Shown piece after piece: positions 9,877-18,862 of a stretch of 64,000 nucleotides of DNA. Made by a program: the position numbers and the translations under genes. Source of the DNA: an uncultured Chloroflexia bacterium (GTDB lineage Bacteria; Chloroflexota; Dehalococcoidia; UBA2979); the NCBI GenBank assembly GCA_963728205.1, contig CAVSIV010000001.1:256001-320000 (forward strand). Reading direction: 5' to 3'. How positions within the stretch are numbered: the stretch's first letter is position 1; each line of letters begins with the position of its first letter. The notes beneath the pieces were generated by a model. It had not been told where the DNA came from. It ran no database searches and worked only from the letters and a program-made list of their open reading frames with translations.

Positions 9877-10755
9877 ATGCGCCATCCCGCCCACGACGCC
9901 ATCGCGCGGTCCGTCGCCGGCTGGTATCGCGAGTCGTCCCCAGAGCTCGGGTACGTCGCGGAGCGCCGCGCGTACGGATGGGTGCAGCGGCACCCCGCTC
10001 TCGCGGGCGCCGCCGTCACCCTCGCTCCGTGCGCGCCGGAAGACGTCGCGGACCACCTGGCCGCGCTGCGCGCCGATCTCGGCGGCACGCCAGCGTCGCT
10101 GCGCGTCGAGGGCCGGGACACCGACGCCCGCCTCCGCCCCGCGCTCGAGGCTGCCGGCTGCCACGCCGGCACCGCCGAGTCGTTCCTCGTCTTCGTCGGC
10201 GACCTGCCGTCGGCGAGCCCCTCGGAGCATGTCGCGATCGAGGCGGTCGACGAGAGCGGCCTCGAGGCCTGGGCGCGCACGAAGGTCGCCGGCTTCGCCG
10301 GTGTCGAGCCGGCGGCGGTCGGCGCCGCCGAGTTGCGCGCGGAGCGGCGCATCCGCGCGGCCGAGCTGCGCGGCGGCCTGCGGCTGCGGCTCGCGCGCGT
10401 CGACGGCGAGCCGGCCGGCGCGATCGCCGCCTACACGCGCGGCCACCCCGGCGGCGACTGGCTCGTGTTCTCGCTCGCGACGCTTCCCGCGTTCCGCGAG
10501 GCCGGCGTCGCGCGGCTCCTGCTGGTCGACGCGCTCGATGCCGCCCGTGCGGCCGGCGCGCGGTCGACGCTGATCAATGCCGACCCGGACGACTGGCCCC
10601 ACGGCTGGTACGTGCGGCTGGGGTTCGAGGACGAGGTGTACTGGAGGCGCAGCTACGCGGTGGCGAATGGCGAGTCGTGGGGGGGCATGAGCCCCGTGCT
10701 GCCGTCCGCTAGTACGTCGACACGTCCATCTGCGGGAGCATCCCCGTCACCGTGA
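9877..10755 (+). CDS. GNAT family N-acetyltransferase
   Basis: C-terminal LATLPAFREAGVARLL ... WYVRLGF. Confidence 0.75.
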   Translation: MRHPAHDAIARSVAGWYRESSPELGYVAERRAYGWVQRHPALAGAAVTLAPCAPEDVADHLAALRADLGGTPASLRVEGRDTDARLRPALEAAGCHAGTAESFLVFVGDLPSASPSEHVAIEAVDESGLEAWARTKVAGFAGVEPAAVGAAELRAERRIRAAELRGGLRLRLARVDGEPAGAIAAYTRGHPGGDWLVFSLATLPAFREAGVARLLLVDALDAARAAGARSTLINADPDDWPHGWYVRLGFEDEVYWRRSYAVANGESWGGMSPVLPSASTSTRPSAGASPSP

Positions 10756-11374
10756 AGACGGTGCGCTCCGCGATGTTGGTCGCGCGGTCGCCGACGCGCT
10801 CGAGGTTGTGCGCGACCCAGAGCAGGTGCGTCGCCGGCTCGACCGTCGACGGGTCGTTGATCATGATCTCGACGAGGTCGCGGTAGATGCGGTCGTAGAG
10901 CTCGTCGACGCCGTCGTCGAGCGCGCCCACGCGGTATGCCTCGTTCACGTCCTTGTCGGAGAACGCCTGCAGCGAGATCTTCAGCATCTCGCGTGCACGC
11001 TCGGCCATCACCGGCAGGTCGACCAGCGGCTTCACCAGCGGCTCGTCCTGCATCAGCAGCACGATGCGACCGATGCCCTCGGCATGGTCGCCCATGCGCT
11101 CGAGCTCGGCGCCGATCGACGTGACCGACACGATCACGCGCAGGTCGGTCGCCATCGGTGCCTGCTGGGCGAGTAGCGAGAGGCACATATTCTGCAGGTG
11201 GAACGCCGTCGCGTTGATCTCGGTGTCGTCGTCGATCACCTTCTGCGCGAGCTCGGCGTCGCGGTCGATCAGCGACTGCATCGCGCGGTCGATGGCGCGG
11301 TCCACCATCGACCCCATCTCCAGGATGCTGTCCTGCAGGGCGTCGAGCTGGCGGTGGAACTGCTCTCGCGGCAC
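10709..11374 (-). CDS. phoU: Phosphate signalling protein PhoU
   Basis: GTG start after GAGGAGG; QQAPMATDLR, ELERMGDHA, NLERVGDRATNIAE. Confidence 0.95.
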   Translation of the reverse strand: MPREQFHRQLDALQDSILEMGSMVDRAIDRAMQSLIDRDAELAQKVIDDDTEINATAFHLQNMCLSLLAQQAPMATDLRVIVSVTSIGAELERMGDHAEGIGRIVLLMQDEPLVKPLVDLPVMAERAREMLKISLQAFSDKDVNEAYRVGALDDGVDELYDRIYRDLVEIMINDPSTVEPATHLLWVAHNLERVGDRATNIAERTVFTVTGMLPQMDVSTY

Positions 11375-11520
11375 GGAGCCGCCTCCTCGTCCGGTGATGC
11401 CCGCCCCGCGGTGGTGCGCCGCGCCGGCGTCCCGATGATACGGCCCTGGTCGCGGGGCGGTGCCGGGGGTTGCTCGCATCATTCTGGCGGCCGCAGCCGG
11501 CTACGCGCTTTAACGACGAG

Positions 11521-12756
11521 TTAAGCGCGGTCGGCGGGCGCGACCGGGTCTGCCTCGCGCGCAATGGGCAGCGTGAAGCGCACGTCGGCGCCGCGCTCGC
11601 TCGGCGCGGCCCAGATGCGGCCGCGGTGGCGCGAGACGATGTGTCGCGCGATCGCGAGTCCGAGTCCGGTGCCGCCGCGGCCGGCCGTGCGCGAGCGATC
11701 GCCCGTGTAGAACCGCTCGAAGATGCGCGCGCGATCGCTCGGCAGGATGCCCGGGCCTTCGTCGCGCACGTCGAAGCGCACCTCGTGCGCCTCGGGCACG
11801 GCGCTCAGCGTGACCGTGCCCTGCGGCGGGCTGAAGCGCAGCGCGTTGTCGAGCAGGTTGGCGAGCACCTCGAGCACGCGCTCGCGGTCCGCGAGCACCG
11901 GCGGCGCGTCGGCCGCCTCCACGACGACGCGCTGGTCGGGCCCGGCAAGCGGCCGGATGCGGTCCGCCGCGGTGGCGAGCAGCTCCGCGGGCGCGACCGG
12001 ATCGAGGTGGAACGGCTCGTCGGCGAACTCGATGCGGGACAGCCGTAGCAGCCGGTCGACGATCTCCCCGAGCCGCGCGATCTCGGCCGTGAGCTGTGCG
12101 AGGAAGCGCGCGCGGCGGTCGGGGTCGGGCACGCCGCTCTCGAGCGTCTCCGCGAGCGCGAGCGCGGCGGTGATCGGCGTGCGCAGCTCGTGCGAGACGT
12201 TGCCGACCAGGTCGCTGCGCGCGCGTTGCGCGGCGCGCAGCTCCGTGAGGTCCTCGAGCGAGAGCAGCGCGTGCACGCCGCGCGCGTCGAGCCGGCGCGC
12301 GGTCGCGCGCACGACGTGGCCGCTGCGCAGCGTGACCTCGCGCGGCGTGCCGGCTGCGTCGCGGACCAGCTGGAGGAGGTCGTGGTCGCCGGTGGCGCGG
12401 ATCAGCGAGCGGCCGCGGATCGCCGCCGGGGTGCTGTCGAAGAGCGTGGCGGCGGCCTCGCTGGCGGCCACCACGATCGCGAGGTCGTCGACGAGGAGGG
12501 CCGGCGCCTCGAGCGCCTCGATGACCGCGGCGGGCGTCGCGTCGGCGGCCGCCGCGGGGGCGGTCGCAACGCCGTCGCCGCGCGGCGACCGCGGCGCCGA
12601 CGCCATGCCCGCCGCGCGTCGCCACGCGAGCACCGCAACCGCACCGGCGACGACGCCGGCGGCGAGCGCGTCCCAGCCGCGCGGCAGCACGAGCACCACG
12701 ACGGCGGCCGCGGCGGCCACCGCAATCACGGTCGGCGTGGCGCGCGCCCGGTCCAT
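11521..12756 (-). CDS. phoR: PhoR-like sensor histidine kinase
   Basis: N-terminal hydrophobic segments, PAS-like region, SHELRTP, NLLDNA, DEGPG, GTGLGL; adjacent to phoU. Confidence 0.85.
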   Translation of the reverse strand: MDRARATPTVIAVAAAAAVVVLVLPRGWDALAAGVVAGAVAVLAWRRAAGMASAPRSPRGDGVATAPAAAADATPAAVIEALEAPALLVDDLAIVVAASEAAATLFDSTPAAIRGRSLIRATGDHDLLQLVRDAAGTPREVTLRSGHVVRATARRLDARGVHALLSLEDLTELRAAQRARSDLVGNVSHELRTPITAALALAETLESGVPDPDRRARFLAQLTAEIARLGEIVDRLLRLSRIEFADEPFHLDPVAPAELLATAADRIRPLAGPDQRVVVEAADAPPVLADRERVLEVLANLLDNALRFSPPQGTVTLSAVPEAHEVRFDVRDEGPGILPSDRARIFERFYTGDRSRTAGRGGTGLGLAIARHIVSRHRGRIWAAPSERGADVRFTLPIAREADPVAPADRA

Positions 12757-12760
12757 CGCC

Positions 12761-13459
12761 TCAGGGCACGAACTTGTAGCCGACGCCGCGCACGGTCTGG
12801 ATGTGCTCGGGCCGCGCCGGATCAACCTCGAGCTTCTCGCGCAGCCAGCGCACGTGGACGTCCACCGTGCGCGTCTCGCCGGCGTAGCTGAACCCCCACA
12901 CCGACTCCAGGATCATCTCGCGGGTCAGCGCCTGTCCCGGGTGCCGCATCAGGAACTCGAGCAGCTGGAACTCGCGCGGCCGCAGCGCAATCGGCGCGCC
13001 GTCGCGCAGCACCTCGTGGCGCCCCGCGTCGAGGGTGATGCCGGCGCCGGTCACGCGCGTGCTCGTCTCGCGGTCGTCGGTGCCGGCCTCGCGCGACAGC
13101 CGGTCCCGCCGCAGCAGCGACGACACGCGGGCGCGCAGCTCGCGCATCGAGAAGGGCTTCGTCACGTAGTCGTCGGCGCCGAGGTCGAGCCCCTGCACCT
13201 TGTCCGCCTCGCCGGTGCGCGCGGTCAGCATCAGGATCGGCACCGTCTGCTCGGCGCGCAGCACGCGGCAGACGTCGAGCCCCGACATGCGCGGCAGCAT
13301 GACGTCGAGCACGACGAGGTCTGGGTGCTCCGCCCGCGCCGACTCGAGCCCGGCGACGCCGTCCGCCGCGCGCAGCACGGCGTGGCCGTCCGCCTCGAGG
13401 TTGTAGGCGATGGCGTCGAGGATGGCCGGGTCGTCTTCGACGACGAGCACAGTCGGCAT
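12761..13459 (-). CDS. phoB: PhoB/PhoP-like OmpR-family response regulator
   Basis: VVEDD, LDVMLP, GADDYVTKPF, RTVDVHVRWLREK, TVRGVGY. Confidence 0.85.
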   Translation of the reverse strand: MPTVLVVEDDPAILDAIAYNLEADGHAVLRAADGVAGLESARAEHPDLVVLDVMLPRMSGLDVCRVLRAEQTVPILMLTARTGEADKVQGLDLGADDYVTKPFSMRELRARVSSLLRRDRLSREAGTDDRETSTRVTGAGITLDAGRHEVLRDGAPIALRPREFQLLEFLMRHPGQALTREMILESVWGFSYAGETRTVDVHVRWLREKLEVDPARPEHIQTVRGVGYKFVP

Positions 13460-13559
13460 CGCGGCCCCTCCCGCGAGAAATGTAAGCGTTCCGACGCCAG
13501 GAATCTGTTTCGGTCCGCGCGCGCGCCGTGCTTCAGGCACGCCGCGGCGACGGGACCGG

Positions 13560-14882
13560 CTACAGCAGGCCCAGCTTCCGCGCCTGTGCGGTCAGCTCGC
13601 CGCGGTGATCCGGGTGCGCGATCGCGATCAGCTCGCGCGCGCGGTCGCGCTCGCTCTTCCCGAAGAGCGACGCCACGCCGTACTCCGTCACGACGAAGTC
13701 GGTGAGGAAGCGCGGCACCCCGACGACCGCGCCCGGCGGCAGCTCGGCCACCACGCGCGTGTGCTCCGCGTCCGTGCCCGCGCTCGACGGCAGGATGTGA
13801 ATCGACTTCCCACCGGGCGCGTACACGGCGCCGACGACGAACTCGAACTGCCCGCCGGGCCCCGTGTACATCTCGCGGCCGATGCTGTCGAAGACCACCT
13901 GCCCGGTGAGGTCGATCATCGTGCCGGTGTTGATCGCGGTCATCTGCGACTGCGAGGCGATCACCGCCGGGTCGTGGATGTAGTCGACGCCGTAGACCTC
14001 CCAGGCAGCGAAGTGGCGCTGGACGATCTCGAGCTCCTCGGGCTCGGGTGGCAGCGCGGTCACCACCATCTTCCCGACGTCGCGGCTCTTGCGGCGCCCG
14101 GTGAACACGCCCTGCTCGTGCAGCGCCGCCACGCCCGGGCTCGTGAGCTCCGAGTGGAAGCCGAGGTCGCGCTTGCCCGCGAGGTGCGGCGTGATGGCGT
14201 TCGACGCCGCGCCCACGCCAATCTCCACGGTGTCGCCGTCGCGCACGAGCTCCGACGCGAGGGCCGCCGCGACGTCGAGGACCGCCGCCTGCTCGGGCGT
14301 CGTCGGCGCCTGGGTCGTCGCGCGGCCCTGCGGCGGCTCGACCTCGACCAGGTAATCGACCTCGTCGACGTGGACGAAGTTGTCGCCGGCGGAGCGCACG
14401 CGGCCTTCCTCGACCTCGGCGACCACCACCTTCGACGTGCGCAGCGCGAGCTTGTTGTCCCAGAGCATCGCGCCGAACGACATCAGCCCGTTCGCGTCCG
14501 GCTCGGAGAGGCGGAAGAAGCCGATATCGGGCGCGGAGATGTCGCGCTCGTAGCGGCGGTGCGCGGTGAAGACGGTCGACGGCGTGTAGCTGATGCGGCG
14601 CTGGCGGTAGGCGGAGCGCGGACCGGGGGTGAGGTAGCCGGCGCGCAGCTCCACGTGGCGCTCGGCGGCGGTGGGCGCGTCCCACAGCGTCGGCACGCGC
14701 ATCAGGTCGCCGTAGGCGACGACCTCGCGCAGCTCGCCGGCGCGCTTGGCGATCAGCGGGGCAATCCGCCACGGGTCGGCGTGGACCATGCCGAAGTGGA
14801 GCGTCATGCCGTCGCGCACGAGCCCGGCCGCCGCCTCGGCGGTCACGAGCTTGTCCGCGTAGCGCGTGCGCCAGTCGCTCAC
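13560..14882 (-). CDS. Acetyl-CoA hydrolase / 4-hydroxybutyrate CoA-transferase family protein
   Basis: WRTRYADKLVTAEAA, HSEL, IDLTGQV, GPGGQFEF, VVTEYGVASL, IAHPDHR. Confidence 0.9.
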   Translation of the reverse strand: MSDWRTRYADKLVTAEAAAGLVRDGMTLHFGMVHADPWRIAPLIAKRAGELREVVAYGDLMRVPTLWDAPTAAERHVELRAGYLTPGPRSAYRQRRISYTPSTVFTAHRRYERDISAPDIGFFRLSEPDANGLMSFGAMLWDNKLALRTSKVVVAEVEEGRVRSAGDNFVHVDEVDYLVEVEPPQGRATTQAPTTPEQAAVLDVAAALASELVRDGDTVEIGVGAASNAITPHLAGKRDLGFHSELTSPGVAALHEQGVFTGRRKSRDVGKMVVTALPPEPEELEIVQRHFAAWEVYGVDYIHDPAVIASQSQMTAINTGTMIDLTGQVVFDSIGREMYTGPGGQFEFVVGAVYAPGGKSIHILPSSAGTDAEHTRVVAELPPGAVVGVPRFLTDFVVTEYGVASLFGKSERDRARELIAIAHPDHRGELTAQARKLGLL

Positions 14883-14998
14883 GGCCGTCCCCCCCGCTTG
14901 GCTCGCCGGCCGGGCCGCCTGCCGGCGCCGGGGCAGCATAGTACGCACGCGATGCCGCGGACCGCCGCGCCCGCGGCGGCGACCTCTACACTGCGCGC

Positions 14999-15709
14999 AT
15001 GTGCGGCCGGTTCACGCTCACCTCCGACGATCGCGACTGGCTCTCCGCCGAGCTCGGCGTGCCGCCGGACGAGCTCGACGACATCACGGAGCTCGTCGTC
15101 CCGCGCTTCAACATCGCGCCGACGCAGCCGCACTGGGTCGTGCGCGCGGTCGGCGAGGACCGCGCGCCGCTGCGCGCCACGTGGGGACTCGTCACCGACT
15201 CCGCCCGCGCGGCCGAGGCCGCGCGGTACATCAACGCGCGCAGCGAGGACGTCGCGGACCGGCCGATGTACCGCGACGCTTACCGGGCGCGCCGCTGCGT
15301 GGTCCCGGCGGACGGCTTCTACGAGTGGGTCCGCGGTCCGGGCCGGCGGCGCCGTCCGTTCTGGTTCCACCGCCCCGACCGCGGGCTGCTGCGCTTCGCC
15401 GGCCTCTACGCCGAGCCGATCGCCGGCATCCCGCCCGCCGCCACCTTCACGATCCTCACCACCGCAGCCGGCGACGACGTCGCGCCGGTGCACGACCGCA
15501 TGCCGGTCGTGTTGGCGGACGACGCCGCGGTCGAGGCATGGCTCTACGCGCGGCAGCCGGCGGACGCGCTGCGCGCGCTGCTGGCGCCGGCCCCGGCGGG
15601 ATCGCTCGAGCGGCGCGCGGTCTCGCCGCGCGTGAACGCCGTCGCGCACGACGACCCGGACTGCCTCGCCGAGGCGGAAGCGGGGCTGCAGCCGACGCTG
15701 TTCGGCTGA
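14999..15709 (+). CDS. SOS response-associated peptidase (SRAP/YedK/HMCES family)
   Basis: N-terminal MCGRF, FNIAPTQ, INARSE, GFYEW, HDRMP. Confidence 0.95.
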   Translation: MCGRFTLTSDDRDWLSAELGVPPDELDDITELVVPRFNIAPTQPHWVVRAVGEDRAPLRATWGLVTDSARAAEAARYINARSEDVADRPMYRDAYRARRCVVPADGFYEWVRGPGRRRRPFWFHRPDRGLLRFAGLYAEPIAGIPPAATFTILTTAAGDDVAPVHDRMPVVLADDAAVEAWLYARQPADALRALLAPAPAGSLERRAVSPRVNAVAHDDPDCLAEAEAGLQPTLFG

Positions 15710-15874
15710 CGGCGAGCGCGGGCATCCGCCCCGCGGTTGACCACGATCGATGCCGAAGCCCCGCGCTCGACCGCGGACCGCGCTCGCCGGGGCTGCGCGC
15801 GCGACGTGGGGAACGCCCCAATGGGGCCCTCCCCAATCGGAATCCGCGGGGGCGCAACCGACAATCTGTGCGGA

Positions 15875-16825
15875 ATGAAGAACGCCACCGCCATCGCCGG
15901 CGTGCCTCCACACGAACTCCTGGAGGTACCGATTGCCGTCGCCGCGCTGCTGCGGCGCACGCCGTTCCCCGTGTTCGACGTGAAGGGGAACGCGATGCGC
16001 ACGCGCAACGCGCGCGACACGCAGATGGCGTACGTGCTCGCGGACGACGGCGACGTGCTGCTCGATGCGGTGCGGGAGGACCTGACCGACCTCGTCGAGT
16101 CGGGCACGATCCCCGCGCAGCACCGCGCGTGGGCGTTGCGGTACGTGTTGCTCGCGGACGTCAGCGCCCTCTATCGCGACGCGCACGCGGGCGACATGCC
16201 GCTGGGACTACCGTCCGCCCTCGACGAGGTCGGGCACTTTCTGTCGCGGGCCGCGGGCGCGCCGCTCGCGCTGATGCAGGTGATCGACGACGACGACCCC
16301 GGCCTCGTGACGCACGCGCTGCACAACGCGTTCCTGTCCCTGATCCTCGCGCACGCGGCCGGGTTCCGCCGCGCGGACCAGCTCGCGGCGCTCGGCTTCG
16401 GCGCGGTGTGCGCGGACCTCGGCCTCGCGGGGCACCCGTTCGAGCTGCTGATCCGCGACGACCTGAGCTTCGGCGAGCAGGCGACGCTCGAGGAGCACCC
16501 GCGTCGCTCGCTCGAGGTGATGCGCCGGCTGGGTTTGATGCCGCAGACCGCGCACGAGGCTGTGCTGTGGCACCACGAACGCTGGGACGGGAACGGCTAC
16601 CCCGACCGCGTCTCCGGCGAGGACCTGCCGTTCGCCGCCCGCTGCGTGGCGCTGGCCGACCGCTACGGGCTGATGAAGCTGCAGAAGTCGCGCCGGTCGG
16701 CGACGTCGTCGGCGCTGGGCGAGCTGGCGGCGATCGACGGCGAGTTCGATCCGTCGCTGCAGCAGATGTTCGTGAAGCTGCTGCACCAGCACGCGCCGGG
16801 ATCGACCCGGCGCCGCATTCGCTGA
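15875..16825 (+). CDS. HD-GYP domain protein with degenerate HD motif
   Basis: HHERWDGNGYP intact; expected HDIGK reads ADLGL. Confidence 0.8.
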   Translation: MKNATAIAGVPPHELLEVPIAVAALLRRTPFPVFDVKGNAMRTRNARDTQMAYVLADDGDVLLDAVREDLTDLVESGTIPAQHRAWALRYVLLADVSALYRDAHAGDMPLGLPSALDEVGHFLSRAAGAPLALMQVIDDDDPGLVTHALHNAFLSLILAHAAGFRRADQLAALGFGAVCADLGLAGHPFELLIRDDLSFGEQATLEEHPRRSLEVMRRLGLMPQTAHEAVLWHHERWDGNGYPDRVSGEDLPFAARCVALADRYGLMKLQKSRRSATSSALGELAAIDGEFDPSLQQMFVKLLHQHAPGSTRRRIR

Positions 16826-16880
16826 TGCCCGGCGCGGCGCGCGCCCGCCGGCACCGGACGCTGCCGTCGCGGACGGCCCG

Positions 16881-17360
16881 CTACGGTGTCGCGCGCGTGT
16901 AGACCTTGCGCACGCCCGGCACGAGCGTGCGCGTCCCCGTCAGCTCCACGCGGTCGAGGTCCGACCGCGTCGTCAGGTGCCGCTGCACGGCTCGGCCGAG
17001 CGGCTGCGCCGCCACCACCGCGACCATCGCCGCCGTGAACGCGGAGCCGAAGCGCCGCCGCAGCGGCCCCGTCGACAGCACGGCGGTGGTCGCGGTCGCG
17101 GCCGCGACGGCCGACACGGCGATGTTCGTGCCGCACAGCGGCGAGACCGCGAGGTCGGCCTGGCCCGCCTGCAGCCGGCGCAGCGCCTCGACGGCGCACG
17201 CCTGCAGCTCCGCCTCGTCGACGTCGCCGAGGATGAAGAAGCCGTTGCCGCTGGCGCGGCCGGCCATGCGCGTCGGCCCGTGGCGCGCCAGGAAGACGGC
17301 GACGGTGGCGTGTTCCAGCGCGTGATTGCGCCGAACGGCGTCGACCCAGCGACTCAGCAT
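16881..17360 (-). CDS. Conserved hypothetical membrane protein (DUF6391-like)
   Basis: RRNHALEHAT, LAVSPLCGTN and two hydrophobic helices; AAGGAG RBS. Confidence 0.75.
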   Translation of the reverse strand: MLSRWVDAVRRNHALEHATVAVFLARHGPTRMAGRASGNGFFILGDVDEAELQACAVEALRRLQAGQADLAVSPLCGTNIAVSAVAAATATTAVLSTGPLRRRFGSAFTAAMVAVVAAQPLGRAVQRHLTTRSDLDRVELTGTRTLVPGVRKVYTRATP

Positions 17361-17422
17361 GCGGGCTCCTTCGGTGCGAGGCGGGCGATCGTCCTTCGAG
17401 TATAGGGAGCGTGGGGGCCACC

Positions 17423-17443
17423 CAAAGCGGCGGCAGACATGCC
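17423..17443. repeat. REP-like element, copy 3 (single arm)
   Basis: CAAAGCGGCGGCAGACATGCC identical to the copy 4 arm. Confidence 0.75.
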
Positions 17444-17515
17444 ATCCACAGGCCGCGGCCGCAGGGCCGCGGCCGGCGGCGGCGGATACACCGCCGCCGC
17501 CGGCCAGATGCGGAG

Positions 17516-18862
17516 TTACCGCGCGCGGCTCGTACCCGGCGTCCCCACCTCGAAGTCGGCCACCACGTCGACCGTGACCGTGACGGGCGGCGCGCTCGAG
17601 TTGGGCGAGCTGATGGTGATCGTCCCCGTGCTGCGCGCCCTTGGCAGCAGCGTCGGGTTCACCGTGATGTCGAGCCGCCCGGCCGGACACGGTGAGGACG
17701 CGCACGCGAGCCCCGGGCCCACGGCGACGCCCGCGGGCGGCGAGAGCACGAGGAAGTTGTCGTTCGTATTCGCCACCCACGACAGGATCCCGGTGCCGAG
17801 GTTGCGCACCGTCACCGAGGCCACGGCCTGCGACGGCGCCCCCTTCGTGCGGATCGTGACGGTGGTGCTGCCGTCGACGCTCAGCCGCGGCGCGCCGAGG
17901 ACGCTCTGCGGGTAGCCGGCCGGCACCGTCGCCGGCGCGACCAGGTGCGCGGGCTGCGGCGACGGCATGTCCATCCCCGAGTACGGGTACTGGAACTTCG
18001 ACAGCGATAGCGCGTCGAAGAACACCGGGATCGTGAGGTTCGGGAGCGTCGCCGCCATCGGCTGCCAGAGCAGCTGACCGTTGCGCGACGGCGGGTTCGC
18101 CATGCAGCCCCACACCAGCTCCTGGTAGGGGTAGCGGTCACGCGACTGCGTGCCGTCGCACCTGTACGCCGGCCGCGGCCACGACAGCGCCGGGTCGAGC
18201 GGGTGGTTGCTCTTCACCGAACCCGGGCCGGTGAAGCCGTTGTAGCCCCAGACCGCGAAGTACCAGTTCTCGACGAGCAGCGGGTTGCCGCCGGTGTCCG
18301 TGCCGGCAACCGGCCGCGTCTCGGGCGCCATGTTCCACTTGTCGGCCAGCACCCACGCGCCGCGCGCGACGTTGTAGACGTAGTGCGTCGCGACCTCGAG
18401 CTGGCGGTCGGTCGCATGGCCGTCGACGCCGAGCGGGATCGTCATGCCGGTCGTCACCTGCATCACGCCGTGCCCGCAGTCGAACGACACCAGCGCGTCG
18501 CCGATCGAGTCGAACTGCACCGACCGCGAGGCCATCGTCAGGTCGGACTCCACCCAGCCGATCGCCTTGAGCAGCACCGCCGGCATCACCGCCGGGCCGT
18601 CGACGCGCGAGGTGCGTGTGCCGGTGCGCACCGCCGGCAGCCCGAAGTAGGGGTCGCCCGGGAAAAGGTGGTTGACGGAGGCGGCGTCGATGGCCGTGAG
18701 GTAGGCGGAGCGGCCCTGGTCGGCCTCGTAGGTCTGGGGGCGGCGGGGGTCGAAGGCGCAGGCGAGTGCGGTGTGCGCGTGCGGCACGAACGCCGCGAAG
18801 GCGCCGCTCACGAGCAGGGCCGCCGCCACGACGGTGAGCCATGCAGCGGTGCGCCTACGCAC
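17516..18862 (-). CDS. Secreted lysozyme/lytic transglycosylase-like protein with C-terminal Ig-like (BACON-like) domain
   Basis: Signal peptide; LLKAIGWVES, GVMQVT, WYFAVWGYNG; beta-rich tail (RNLGTGILSW ... GTITIS). Confidence 0.65.
   Translation of the reverse strand: MRRRTAAWLTVVAAALLVSGAFAAFVPHAHTALACAFDPRRPQTYEADQGRSAYLTAIDAASVNHLFPGDPYFGLPAVRTGTRTSRVDGPAVMPAVLLKAIGWVESDLTMASRSVQFDSIGDALVSFDCGHGVMQVTTGMTIPLGVDGHATDRQLEVATHYVYNVARGAWVLADKWNMAPETRPVAGTDTGGNPLLVENWYFAVWGYNGFTGPGSVKSNHPLDPALSWPRPAYRCDGTQSRDRYPYQELVWGCMANPPSRNGQLLWQPMAATLPNLTIPVFFDALSLSKFQYPYSGMDMPSPQPAHLVAPATVPAGYPQSVLGAPRLSVDGSTTVTIRTKGAPSQAVASVTVRNLGTGILSWVANTNDNFLVLSPPAGVAVGPGLACASSPCPAGRLDITVNPTLLPRARSTGTITISSPNSSAPPVTVTVDVVADFEVGTPGTSRAR

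Noticed and set aside
10709-10755. 47-nt convergent overlap of the GNAT gene and phoU as antisense regulation
   Set aside because: The GNAT tail looks like simple stop-codon drift, common in GC-rich genomes.
15835-15870. Sigma28-like promoter (ACCGACAA) upstream of the HD-GYP gene
   Set aside because: Only a partial -10 match and no TAAA-like -35.
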